This document shows positions 9,501 through 17,258 of a stretch of 64,000 bases of DNA, in pieces. Positions within the stretch are counted from its first letter, which is position 1; each line of letters starts with the position of its first letter. The stretch lies in IMG/VR virus record IMGVR_UViG_3300020183_000007, positions 32,001 to 96,000 of that record; one strand, written 5' to 3'. Origin of the DNA: a virus. Below the pieces are notes generated by a model that worked only from the letters and a program-made list of their open reading frames with translations, was not told where the DNA came from and ran no database searches. Made by a program: the position numbers and the translations under genes.

Positions 9501-11715
9501 TAATATTACCAGAAGAATAAACTGAATCCCAAATACTTTTTTTGATAAAGTTTAAACTAACACTATTATTTTTATTATTGAAAACTGGATCATTCAATAT
9601 ATATGATCCTTCTGTTGGATATAGGGTAAAGTAGTCTACATCAAATGGCATTTGGTCTGGAGTTAGGTAATTCAACAACCATTCTTTTTCTTGTGTCGTC
9701 AACTTTAATATGTTGCTTGATATAAATGACTGTACCTTGTATTTATAGATTCCAGCCCTGTAGTCACTTTGATTAATACCAGCAGTAATTATATCTACAG
9801 ATTGCCTAACAGCTGTCTTAATAGAAGGGGGGAATGTTGGCTCTAGAGAAAGAGACTTGATTTGATCTAAATCACGAATTGCTGGTGTATTTGGAGAAAT
9901 TTCAATTCCGAATTTTGCCAGCAAACCATTCCACAGTCCAAAACTTTGTTGATTAAGAATTTTTTCCTGCTCACTTCTGAAAGAAGAAGTATCAGGTAAG
10001 AACATTTTTGTTTGAGTTTCAGCTGGAGTATAAAAAGTTAAGTTACTACCGTCTCTCCACTGAGCAACTATATTGGTATATAAAACATCATTTTCATACG
10101 TGTTAAGCAGTTCTACTGTGTCATCCGTTAAAGAAGAATCTACTAGCGCAGATTCATCGATTAAAATAGGTCCATGTGGATTTTTCTGATATATATATGA
10201 GTCACTACGAATTATTCCAGTATTATCTTCTGTCTCTTGGACATTTTTATTATCGGACGTCTTTAGTAAGAAGGATTCGTTTGCGTATTTATGCATTGCA
10301 CCCGCTGCTTTACCCATGTACTGCCTGTATTTACCCCAATGAATTGCTTGATTAAAGTCTTTGAGCATTGGCAAAAATGGTTTGTGATTATAAGCGAGCA
10401 GCTCTAAATCAACCATTAAAGAAAATGGATAATTAGGAACTGTAGAAACAGACATAGAAGATAATGCCACAGCTGAAATTCCATGGACAGAATTTATATA
10501 ATCATTTTTTATTGGAAGTATTGGAGAGTATTTAAATGCTGCTACTAATCCACGCAAAGAAGAAAGAAACTTATCTATTTTTTCTTCCGAATCTCCAGTA
10601 TTCTTAAAATCTATTTTAAAATTTTCCTTAAGATCTATTGCCGAAGCATCGCTTATATGCATGCCCCATATTTCTTCATAGTTTGGAAAGAATAATCTTA
10701 AAGAGATTGAAGTTTCTTTATAGCCAGCATTATATTTGGGAGTATTTCTTTGTCTGATTGCTCCGCCAGTAAGTGATCCAGTTTTAAATGCAGAATTAAC
10801 CGTGATAGAAATAGGCGGTACATAAAAATTAGCTGCGCCTAAACGCAAATGAAAAATATCAGGTTTTTTGGGAGGTATATGAGCTCTATATGGAAAGTCT
10901 TCTATTGCCTTACGAATTCTTTCGGAAGTGTTACCTCCAATTCTAAAAGCCATAGTAAATATTGGCTCACCATTTGGAGCAAGACCAAAAGCTTTTTCCA
11001 ATTCATCAATAGCATCCTCTTCCCTATTGAGGGTATCCTCTTTTCCGCCACCCTTGCCTGCATTTGAGTAGTCGCCTGTTACAGCCAACGCATCAAAAAC
11101 AAACGTCATTAAACCCGGCAGGTAGTGATTTATAATAGAGAAAGATATAGGATCCGCTTGAAGATTGTAAACTACTTGGCTTAATAAAGTAAGCCATTCG
11201 GTATCAACCGCTGGATCTATGTGATAATCTAAAGACTTTTGTGTAATATACACATTTTGTAGTCTTTTCTTGCCCAATTCACTTATTTCATAGGCGAATG
11301 ATGCTAGATATAGTAGGCCGGTAGATTCTAGCCTTTTATACAAATTTACCAGAAGAGTATTGTCGTCAATGATTGAAGACAATGTGCCCCCAAGCGTAAA
11401 AACTCTAGTAGTAGCTTCTACCCTTTTCTGATAGTTATCTTTCGCTTCTTCCAGACCAGATGAATAATCTGCAAGGGTTGCATAATGATCTATATCAAGT
11501 ATGGGAAGAATTTCAGGCCTAGTTAAAGAAAAAAACCTTTCAAAAGCTTCTTCTGAGTTTTTGTACCGAGACTTAGGTAAATAATCATCGGTTAGATTAA
11601 GCGGACCAACCGTCATCATATTCACAAAAGCTTTTTGACTGTAATTATATGACAATGGGTCTGCGGAGTTTAAATTCTGTTCTTCTTGATTTTCCGATTG
11701 TTCGATATTAGACAT
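559..11715 (-). CDS. Giant multidomain baseplate hub protein (3718 aa) with tube-like N-terminal domains, hub, RlpA-like domain and C-terminal SNase nuclease
   Basis: Hub-like segments KPGVRVHLRVGYG...VFNGVITNVEQGEIVTVTAQSD (~7290-7430) and GELIIIGNADIRPHDLVYL..DVYERMYGIFEVEQIVHHF (~2270-2420) resemble gpD/gp27/VgrG hubs. SNase motifs are DGDTF, VRFDGIDSGE, NRILGTV and LNWELVTNNLATVY. Lies downstream of the tape-measure-like gene. Confidence 0.8.
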   Translation of the reverse strand: MSNIEQSENQEEQNLNSADPLSYNYSQKAFVNMMTVGPLNLTDDYLPKSRYKNSEEAFERFFSLTRPEILPILDIDHYATLADYSSGLEEAKDNYQKRVEATTRVFTLGGTLSSIIDDNTLLVNLYKRLESTGLLYLASFAYEISELGKKRLQNVYITQKSLDYHIDPAVDTEWLTLLSQVVYNLQADPISFSIINHYLPGLMTFVFDALAVTGDYSNAGKGGGKEDTLNREEDAIDELEKAFGLAPNGEPIFTMAFRIGGNTSERIRKAIEDFPYRAHIPPKKPDIFHLRLGAANFYVPPISITVNSAFKTGSLTGGAIRQRNTPKYNAGYKETSISLRLFFPNYEEIWGMHISDASAIDLKENFKIDFKNTGDSEEKIDKFLSSLRGLVAAFKYSPILPIKNDYINSVHGISAVALSSMSVSTVPNYPFSLMVDLELLAYNHKPFLPMLKDFNQAIHWGKYRQYMGKAAGAMHKYANESFLLKTSDNKNVQETEDNTGIIRSDSYIYQKNPHGPILIDESALVDSSLTDDTVELLNTYENDVLYTNIVAQWRDGSNLTFYTPAETQTKMFLPDTSSFRSEQEKILNQQSFGLWNGLLAKFGIEISPNTPAIRDLDQIKSLSLEPTFPPSIKTAVRQSVDIITAGINQSDYRAGIYKYKVQSFISSNILKLTTQEKEWLLNYLTPDQMPFDVDYFTLYPTEGSYILNDPVFNNKNNSVSLNFIKKSIWDSVYSSGNIIETLIVEEIEKRKVLGTETAVPDEKKIRQQVTDAFLLSLYDRFFSDGYIQNLMEAKRLREGDYHFQEWEVPMNRVDLDPKKAIVNGVSVSLGNNLSKLQVQMQEEPTYQYIGGKDSYVNISMTVFGERELYKIRAIFDHINSLARLEHSTGVIGFLGIKNIISALCGIKYVIPLNFKVDTIPNYPHVYNVQLSFVDFDIFQQKREKLSSKQQKDFIDHFGSKRNPFLRIKQLWGAFNAYPDMPLEVRDKENEIVGNLDPDFYFRSFEMFDRDVINNFTYQPDITKDFKFDYSDNWAKLGDARGIEIRKNQVKNRITDFLRRYAYKDIANEPLPQLLRANNNKILIDEIIDYVNSSGISVHNFISLFQEVVQAETSEFQTSEKQALLTDYVFISAQSTEDNPVFEEISGAGYSVGNVNYSSAETLNLIKQVLTNSHLATETEVSFNPDEVDFHKVIYLIPATNPQEAGSGSDIPAMMQSALGTHFGYINKDNGRFYLTVDGANVLIDDHGDKRLVENQVEDTQTPDRGCKNALTGVEGVQSLNKYQKAYDGSFGSHIQKMMNDVQYRDISGRMIRAFPTYMLWLIDEGGFFAGVKLFDNFYGLQSIVDFSVVSSEDLLGDTLIFRVSNMYSKLTTRPSTEIFNSRDNQPNDAPIDFTQGIESILDRTLNIAKNIVSGMRNDYVVDINNIRLKPGVRVHLRVGYGANPNSLQTVFNGVITNVEQGEIVTVTAQSDAIELSAIVNSTNKKGDTGKIDGGVDTGMYLSEPRDLMVRLLSMGASRFREAFARATNGTVFSENRFGIRHFGSTLYEPLSESERARADGIRNVVASVYSNLGQGDVGGAANAASFKLATNVFTRNPVSTFFGDGRIMTSMGQLMSNFCAEVDLEIFKRNIYPGNGTGFAQFLGGDIDDGWLTASSLVEEDSKKLKGQAYLERAGDRSWNRLIVEAQNESVSAKTAISTMTAGNQLVSSEGRANATKNILMGGLAGAVGLIPGVNFAIGSGIAGGGLFGILRGRGGTNLFRTMGIISPNDDDDLPGFDEVSFRAQTYMRTVWDLFQVCARLLPNYIVAIRPFEDRSTIFYGKPHWLYTSGVVPVTTGFPSTQRGSELELPGYPKYRSADEDIQNIMSNINRSSNTLADYEAFKRSNELSDTMASLASDQVNSQGIYKPTAFLKEKLINFNSPLASSFSETQDDGTKVVVAKLPTVVGLTRVGFHLPVGDPTTTIAPMTKAHAQLDNLPPRFRYPFYTINETIILDSTSYSIRDGGVFQNAASHFKDIGKSGRKFLDNEGEVPMDAEEFQGFVNEAMAEDRRSFGGATFMANMFTLLQYESKFILNNELTLVPSSGILELDRPLGFSTFIDNIIDVDGLSFIGGANTKYVRMPLPSVLANRLSISVDPAAITQYSVSSSEAKRNADDYSFEYEISNQISYEEWGSPGDLPASQQTAAEAEQFYIAMKWPYNPGFSSTQAPSGFNNITVYDETLEKFKEKYGFTDLYGTAEDYKKRKVLVYSPRTNRAVVCAPAYFLWGDDDDTAAAVVSPDAAWYLGNFISKNLSFKLTANSEESDILNQLPSWINTMASAAGAVGSAAGTALGYALNVSQYISAPIYIGNRITDRLNVSIFGNEDELNYENESGLSINPQPVECMFAFVPDDVPVGVISSAAAPIKRFLERGARSPDDSMILGFGNYTMTEDGQLSELTARRTTSQDLINELQGGAGSRFKVYDEDMVDPPNIFSEWIPINAEISSSRFDFGGNALAVPDGRDKPFIGYFNALLDATNFNSSAESGGLGSSEDSDLVGNEQLSRSYLYDVLDEELSTTGDVKTSKGRAAFLSVYDPLDSVSVEARSYYDENFDPNVSVIAGNGRNLNQANDIWDQFRFGYHTYDSVKAIFARIYGMDPDSTDAFPEEFARILGSSNENSFSNFEDSNIPIAGLSNTENTAVDELAILLGADYFNIPNNPQMGGQGVPSTNATQRRNAVEFIRKNYIDLIAAEKESDTGIIQFFNATIADALNGIKENFFESGVTNSILEYALENKKNPEEAIALSEKIKTPKQLFLLMVGIFRQNLWSTAYGRAWLVLKPNRKRGIITSGGGGSEGQWSFKPVDKIFEAFINPYGEYAKDKNKFLKLLVSTKSEGTGSSTFISGISESVGNFYDRNIGPIMSAIGDGLSGLLGMFKLAMMQMGYAITEVGNFSRQAHILNKVLNDSIYYSLGREGSLLRAVDNPFTREYGEPVVEVRQSFQRLHYLSSFSHIISNQIQENLNGVSTVVTAVSDGKYPITVALDKGAPAERQTEKTVETGLYYDNFVGSGFLGVLHPLMHPLETVRGIAKNIQGTPDELSARRIALAHLRESIKDIYGGELIIIGNADIRPHDLVYLSDVYERMYGIFEVEQIVHHFTPEMGYITSITPNALVTVNDPARWFLSSWINSWFTVQNLRNDTRFYMDNIMASNSGINLGGMVSVDALSDALSPQMIGGLQYTHGSTALIKDIMANQTATTLPQKAEAVIKQYGSSASRSVFQGMTTALTGGVGIAAAAAGAGATGVAGFAMGLSVPIVGQLAWKGWKWIRDNVLDQHGCYVQYLSKNGQPMDAGLSYNQGMVVGRHHSKVLLPGLLGARTKVRTPEGNIFIRSDDLLKSLGWQERQTTDLIRYIDYENALVHARVLQLSGLGPDKTNLQPSLFSVIAKVIKFKDGDTFDVQDVISGAKFTVRFDGIDSGEINTFTVTSNDGDLGVSYSNDSTPSTKMTAINTPGGKAKIFVQSKLENRLVVLRIRINNAASSSVISESDFEAGAEQNTVANYTKDVTESNRILGTVWYYQPESIVQAAKDFVEKCFIDNQIGAGAEQKIKQLFFNSIYQDSPLFVKKDSILNALSALGLVYTSPLSITLDTNTKYGLSNSETIKLYNDLVQYKVLESTYNKTREWPTIFWDEYYENGHPVTLNWELVTNNLATVYTKQLQIEGNSVISAEESAIMPARVGQ

Positions 11716-11723
11716 GCTTCACC

Positions 11724-12170
11724 TTAGGTAAACGTCATATTATTTTTGATAATCTTAGACAATCTTTCACTAGAAGAATCTTTCATAGTGGAAGAACTAT
11801 AATTATCTATTATACTACTTCTTGTTTCTTTTGTAAAAGAATTAAAGTTAAAATTACCACTTAATTTTGTATTAAAATTTTTAGAATATCTAGCCTTTTG
11901 ATGTCTCTTGCCACTATAACCACTTTCATCCATCAAAATATGTGCGGGAGATGAATTCTCTAAACCCTCAAAAGAGCCCCTAACCTTATCCGACTGACCA
12001 GATGCTTGAATCTTTTGGCGTGACTCAGACACAACATTCTTAGTAGGGCTTTTACTCGAAGCTATTTTTGCTGCATACTTATTAGCTGTAATGCTTCTAT
12101 GAGATGTATCTTTTGGCTGTTTTGCAGCGGAGGCTAAAGTTTTATTTTGATCTTTAACACTTAATATCAT
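11724..12170 (-). CDS. Hypothetical basic Ser/Lys-rich protein (148 aa)
   Basis: Tightly packed between two giant genes on the same strand, with an AAGG SD. No recognisable domain. Confidence 0.6.
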   Translation of the reverse strand: MILSVKDQNKTLASAAKQPKDTSHRSITANKYAAKIASSKSPTKNVVSESRQKIQASGQSDKVRGSFEGLENSSPAHILMDESGYSGKRHQKARYSKNFNTKLSGNFNFNSFTKETRSSIIDNYSSSTMKDSSSERLSKIIKNNMTFT

Positions 12171-12180
12171 CTAATCAACC

Positions 12181-15100
12181 TTAAAATGAGCTAGCGAGCT
12201 GCTGATATGGATCAGACGTCACACTTGGGATCCTATTATACATAGTACTGTTAATCGGTCCATTAGTAAGTCCAGAAGCTGCTTGTTGAAATCTTTCAAC
12301 ATCCTGCCTAGAACCATATAAGGAAACCTTGTAACTCATTCCAGAAGCAGATGCCTGTCCACCAATTTGGGGAACAGAAACATTAGAAGTTGGATATCCC
12401 TGCTCATAAGCTGATCCACCAGGAAGAAGCGGAGGACCCGCAGCGTCTTCTGTTGTTTTATCTTTTTTATTTTGATATAAAAAGCTTCCCGCTATCAATA
12501 GTCCTGCTGCGATGGCAGTTTTTTGAACAGATGGCTTAGAAAACTGCTCTGTTAAATAATCCATATCTAAACGTTTAAATTTAGATGGATTTACATTGGA
12601 TGGAGATTGATCTTCAAGATCTCTCAAAACATTACCAACTATACCCTTTGGTTTATCTTTGCGTCCGACGACTTTATCTGCAGATATTTGACCATTCAAA
12701 AAATCGTCTATTGCGGGATCCAAAATGTCTCTTTCATATAGAGCCCTAGATCTTATGGCATTAGATATGGTTTTTATAGTTTCATCTGTAGTATCTTCCA
12801 CACCTTTTCCTACAGCTTGACTTAATTGTTGCATGTCGATACCTAAATCTGCAAACATTCCAGAAACATCGCCATATTGAGAAAGGTCTAAAGCCCTTTG
12901 TTTGGTGTTGCCTTCAATAATATCCGTAAGCAGTAACTCCCTCGTGGATGATGTGGCGCTAAAGAAATTGTCAACAATATTTTTGACTTGTAAATTTGAA
13001 GTTGCCTTTGTGTAGGCTGCTTTATTCCTTTTCGCCATGTTAAGTCTGGCAAAAAGATTAGCAAATTCTTCATTTGAATCCTCGGTAAGATCAGTTAACT
13101 GCTCAAAAACATATGAGCTCATTCCACGATCTGAAGCTTCTAATTGAAGTGCATTTAATAAATTAAATCCAGTTAAAGGTCTTTGTGATCTAACTTCATC
13201 AATTCCTCTTAATAAATTGTCTCCTAATTCAGTTTTTAATATTTCAGCTCTTAATCGAGCCTGTTCAAAGCCCATAGATAGCTCTTGCCTTCTGGCAGCA
13301 TCGATAAACTGTCCATCCTCTATGCCTTCTCTAAATAATTTTTGTGCGTCTCTATAAGCTGCATTGGCTTCCATAAGTTCGTCAAAAATATTCTGATTTG
13401 CATCTAAAATAGCTTTTGCAGATAATTGTGCTTCAGTAGCGTTTTTGCCCATGCCAGCAGTAAGCGTATCTCTTAGTTCTTTCATATTATCGCCAAATCT
13501 TTTTCTCGCTGCGTTGAAACTATCTTGAGCTTGCTGAGCAATTTCAATTGTTTTAGAAAGATTACCTCTACCAATAACTCCTATATCTGTTAGGGCCGTT
13601 ATTATTTTAGCTTTAGAAGGGGCATCTCCGCCTTCAAACAGATTCTTTAATTTACTAAGATCTTCATCAGTTTGTATTCCTTCAGCAATCCTAGCCTCAG
13701 CGCCCTTTATATAACTCTCAGCAAAAGCTGTAAGGTCATCTTTGTTTAACTTTCCAAAATCAATGAGAGCCTTGTCGAGAACAAACTGTTGCCCCCCTCT
13801 ATGTTGTAGATATCCGAACATTTCCCCATATTGACTCACAGCTTCTGCGCCGCTTGTTTCTAGATCAAAATTATTTCCATACATTCTTCTAAAAATATCC
13901 ATGCCATATCTAGTATCTGCTGCTGCTTCTGCCTCCATTTTTAATTTCAGTCTTCCAGAAGTAAATGTTTGGGTCATGTCTACTGCGGTTTCCGATGATG
14001 GAAAACCTACCAATAGCCCTTTCCCATTGTCATATCGCCTAAGTGCATCGTTAATTGCTTGATCAGATCCAAAAGCTTTTTCAAATTGAGCCAAACCATC
14101 TGCAATTACCGTAGCTCTGTTAACATGCTTACCAAGATTGTTAGCGTTTTCCGTAGATGCTTTTTCCATGCTTTCAAGATAGAATTTATTAAATGCAATA
14201 GCTTTTTTATTTTTATCTAATTGAAAACTATCTAAAGTTTCACGAAAAGCTTTTGAAGCTTTCTTTATATCTGCCTGTGCCTGTTCTAATGCCGCCAGCT
14301 GCACTGGATCATCGTAAACAGAACCAGGTATAAACTGACCGGAATATGCCGGACCTTTTAATGCTTGTATCTGATCTCTGATAGCACCTAGTTGCGTTTT
14401 TTGCTGATCTGTCATAAGATGCTCATACATCCGATAAATATCATCTTCAAGATTCATTTCCATAACTTCAGTCTTTAACTTTTGAAAGCCAAGGGAAGTT
14501 AAGCCCGGATCAACGCCAGCAAAATCAACTAATCTAGATCCTGCAAAAAAATCAACTGTACTAGCACCCTGCTTTAGGACGCCTAGTGATTCGAAATATG
14601 CTCTATCAAAAGTTCTTGCTTTTCCACCATACAATCTATCTCTAACATCTATAATTGTTTCCTCAAGTTCATCTAATAATGCAGACTGATCAATTCGTGT
14701 CATTTCTTCTGATGTGAATTTTCCAGATAAATTTTGCTGTAAAATATTTAATCTGTCTAAGGTTGGAGAACTACCAGAACCTGCCAATTTTTCTTTTTCA
14801 TCTAAAATCATTTGATCTAAAGTTTTCATAAAATCTGCGTTATGACCAAATAATTCTTGATAACTTTCTATATCATTAAAGCGAACAAACCCAATCATTT
14901 CGCCTGCACCCGTGGGCTGACGAGCCATGGCCATAGCCAAACGTCTTTTGCCATTAGACATGTAGGTTCCCAAAACTGGTAGCCCTTTGTCGTCAAGGTC
15001 GAATCCACCAAGAGCATGGTGGAACCTAATAACATCCCTTTCGCTCATTAATAAGTTGTGATTAGAAAATCTTACACGAGTTGTACTGAGACTGAATCCT

Positions 15101-17256
15101 TCATCCATCATTATATTTTGATCAGTCATATCCAAGAACATTCTGCCACTTGATATACCAATCTGGGTAGATTCTGCGTTCAAAGCAAATCTATACACAT
15201 CGGGCATTACTGGTAGTGGTATTCCCTTTTTAATCTTAAAAAATTCTTTTTGAGCAAAATCTATAATTCTATTCATAGCCCTGGGATGCTGATCTAGCGG
15301 AATGCCACTTCTATGGATTTCAAGTATCTCTTGCGCCATATTCCTATTCATTAGTTGAGAAAATTGCTGAGTGTCTAATATATCTTCAGATTGGAAATTT
15401 GCAGCGCTTAATAGGGATTGATAAAATTTTCCATTCTCATCAATCCTATTTGCTTTTAACATCTCGTTAAATTCTTTTTGTAAAGCAAGAGAATACTCTC
15501 TACCCAATTGTTGCGATTGTGGCGAACCAAATACTGCTGCATGAAACGCATCAAGCATAGGATCGGCATAGACTGCACCTTTAGACTCTCCGGTACCAGA
15601 AATGTTTAGAATGTCTGTTAAACCAGATATTCTAGTTTCTCTTTTCGTTGTTGCCTTTGGTGCAATAATAGAATATTTTGTATATCTTCCAGTAAACTCA
15701 ACACTCATTGCTGCGCCTTTTAGAGAGAATATTCTAGCGGGGCGCGCTTGATCTCCCGCATCAAAGACAACATTTCCACGAACAGTTATTTGAGACAAGC
15801 CCTTAGATTTATCTAATTGGCTCGAGGATCTCTGAATTTCTCTTTTTTTCAAAAGAATATCTTGTTTTTCTAATCTACTAGTAGCCTGTGCATACTGTTT
15901 ATCTAATTCATCTATCTCAGATTGATACCCTTTTCGAATAGCTTTAGTATAGGAATCATTTATCAACATAGAACCATCTGACCCCTTTTCCATCTCATCA
16001 AGTAAAACGTCAATAATGTTAAACTTTTTATCTATTTCACTTAAAGCCTTTTCATCGCCAGCTGCACCTTTTTCTAACCTATCTTTCAATAAACCAAGCT
16101 TACTTTTCAAAACATCTGTACCATATTTGCCAACAGTAATATCTACATCTCCACTGTCTATAGCGTCTTGCATAGCTATCTTTAGATAATTGCCAATATC
16201 AGAATATACTTCAGTTTTTATTGGCCCTGGCCCAGTCTGTCCACGAATTACCTCATCTAAAATTATTTTATAAAAATCCTTAGATCTATCTTGACCCCCA
16301 ATCATCCAAGAATCTCTTATTCTTTGCGCTGCGTCTGCGGCTTTTTCTGCATTGTTCATTCCTGAAACATTTTTCAATGTATCAATATCTAGAGCTAACC
16401 CCAGTGCCTCAAAAACTGGATCAGTGTTAAGAATTGAATCAGCGAATGATAACCCAGGCTTACCAACTTCATCCAATATTGATTCTAGAGCACCACCAGA
16501 AACAGAAACCTCTCTTGGAGACAAAACGCCACGCAATCTTTTATCCAACTTTTGAATTAAAGAAGCTACTTTTTTATTTCCCGACCTCAAAGCGTCCTCT
16601 AAAACATCTGGATCTATAGCAGATACATTTGCTGCCTGCATCACTTCCAATGTTTGATCTAAACCTAGAACTTGTTTTTTGCCAGCAATTGTCGCAACCA
16701 AGTTCAAAGCAATTCCGCCATCATCCGTAGGTAAGAGTAAACCATAGCCTTTTTGCTTCTGTGCATCAAAAAAGGCTTTTAGCGCTTCAGTGCCCTGCTG
16801 AGTATCTAGTCCACCTTTATGAATAGCGATATTCATCTCTAAAGCTTCTATACCAAAAAGATTTTGCTGTATGGCGACTTTTTCCATATCCCTTAAAACC
16901 TGACCATATCCCCTATATACAACGGGGACATCATCTTTTGATAATCTGTAAACTTCAGTAATATGCAGCGAAGAAAAATATTCTATAGCGTCGTTAACAG
17001 AGTTAAATACTTTCCTGCCTTCATCTGGATCAAAATAAGATGACCTATATTTTAAAATGTTATCTGCTGGATCGACAAACGGTTCTATTAACCTTTTTTG
17101 GCCAGTAGGTATTTTTCCTATTATTCTTCTAGCTGCTCTAACTTGTTTCTCTGGAGATAAAGGAGACAAGTACGCAGACAAATAGTCGCTAAAGGATTCA
17201 TACTCAGGAATCTCTTGTCTTCGTTTTTCTAGAAAACTAGCTATTTTCCCCAACAT
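12181..17256 (-). CDS. Large virion-module protein (1691 aa), putative divergent single-subunit two-barrel RNA polymerase
   Basis: The ORF itself is unambiguous. Motifs in order: S426-D-G-S-M-L-I, SQITVRG, SLK513G, IIAPKATTK538, VMPDVYRFAL, G750GFDLDD, R779QPT, N806ADF. These resemble the two double-psi barrels of YonO/RdRP/beta-beta' polymerases. There is no canonical DxDGD. Confidence 0.55.
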   Translation of the reverse strand: MLGKIASFLEKRRQEIPEYESFSDYLSAYLSPLSPEKQVRAARRIIGKIPTGQKRLIEPFVDPADNILKYRSSYFDPDEGRKVFNSVNDAIEYFSSLHITEVYRLSKDDVPVVYRGYGQVLRDMEKVAIQQNLFGIEALEMNIAIHKGGLDTQQGTEALKAFFDAQKQKGYGLLLPTDDGGIALNLVATIAGKKQVLGLDQTLEVMQAANVSAIDPDVLEDALRSGNKKVASLIQKLDKRLRGVLSPREVSVSGGALESILDEVGKPGLSFADSILNTDPVFEALGLALDIDTLKNVSGMNNAEKAADAAQRIRDSWMIGGQDRSKDFYKIILDEVIRGQTGPGPIKTEVYSDIGNYLKIAMQDAIDSGDVDITVGKYGTDVLKSKLGLLKDRLEKGAAGDEKALSEIDKKFNIIDVLLDEMEKGSDGSMLINDSYTKAIRKGYQSEIDELDKQYAQATSRLEKQDILLKKREIQRSSSQLDKSKGLSQITVRGNVVFDAGDQARPARIFSLKGAAMSVEFTGRYTKYSIIAPKATTKRETRISGLTDILNISGTGESKGAVYADPMLDAFHAAVFGSPQSQQLGREYSLALQKEFNEMLKANRIDENGKFYQSLLSAANFQSEDILDTQQFSQLMNRNMAQEILEIHRSGIPLDQHPRAMNRIIDFAQKEFFKIKKGIPLPVMPDVYRFALNAESTQIGISSGRMFLDMTDQNIMMDEGFSLSTTRVRFSNHNLLMSERDVIRFHHALGGFDLDDKGLPVLGTYMSNGKRRLAMAMARQPTGAGEMIGFVRFNDIESYQELFGHNADFMKTLDQMILDEKEKLAGSGSSPTLDRLNILQQNLSGKFTSEEMTRIDQSALLDELEETIIDVRDRLYGGKARTFDRAYFESLGVLKQGASTVDFFAGSRLVDFAGVDPGLTSLGFQKLKTEVMEMNLEDDIYRMYEHLMTDQQKTQLGAIRDQIQALKGPAYSGQFIPGSVYDDPVQLAALEQAQADIKKASKAFRETLDSFQLDKNKKAIAFNKFYLESMEKASTENANNLGKHVNRATVIADGLAQFEKAFGSDQAINDALRRYDNGKGLLVGFPSSETAVDMTQTFTSGRLKLKMEAEAAADTRYGMDIFRRMYGNNFDLETSGAEAVSQYGEMFGYLQHRGGQQFVLDKALIDFGKLNKDDLTAFAESYIKGAEARIAEGIQTDEDLSKLKNLFEGGDAPSKAKIITALTDIGVIGRGNLSKTIEIAQQAQDSFNAARKRFGDNMKELRDTLTAGMGKNATEAQLSAKAILDANQNIFDELMEANAAYRDAQKLFREGIEDGQFIDAARRQELSMGFEQARLRAEILKTELGDNLLRGIDEVRSQRPLTGFNLLNALQLEASDRGMSSYVFEQLTDLTEDSNEEFANLFARLNMAKRNKAAYTKATSNLQVKNIVDNFFSATSSTRELLLTDIIEGNTKQRALDLSQYGDVSGMFADLGIDMQQLSQAVGKGVEDTTDETIKTISNAIRSRALYERDILDPAIDDFLNGQISADKVVGRKDKPKGIVGNVLRDLEDQSPSNVNPSKFKRLDMDYLTEQFSKPSVQKTAIAAGLLIAGSFLYQNKKDKTTEDAAGPPLLPGGSAYEQGYPTSNVSVPQIGGQASASGMSYKVSLYGSRQDVERFQQAASGLTNGPINSTMYNRIPSVTSDPYQQLASSF

Positions 17257-17258
17257 TT

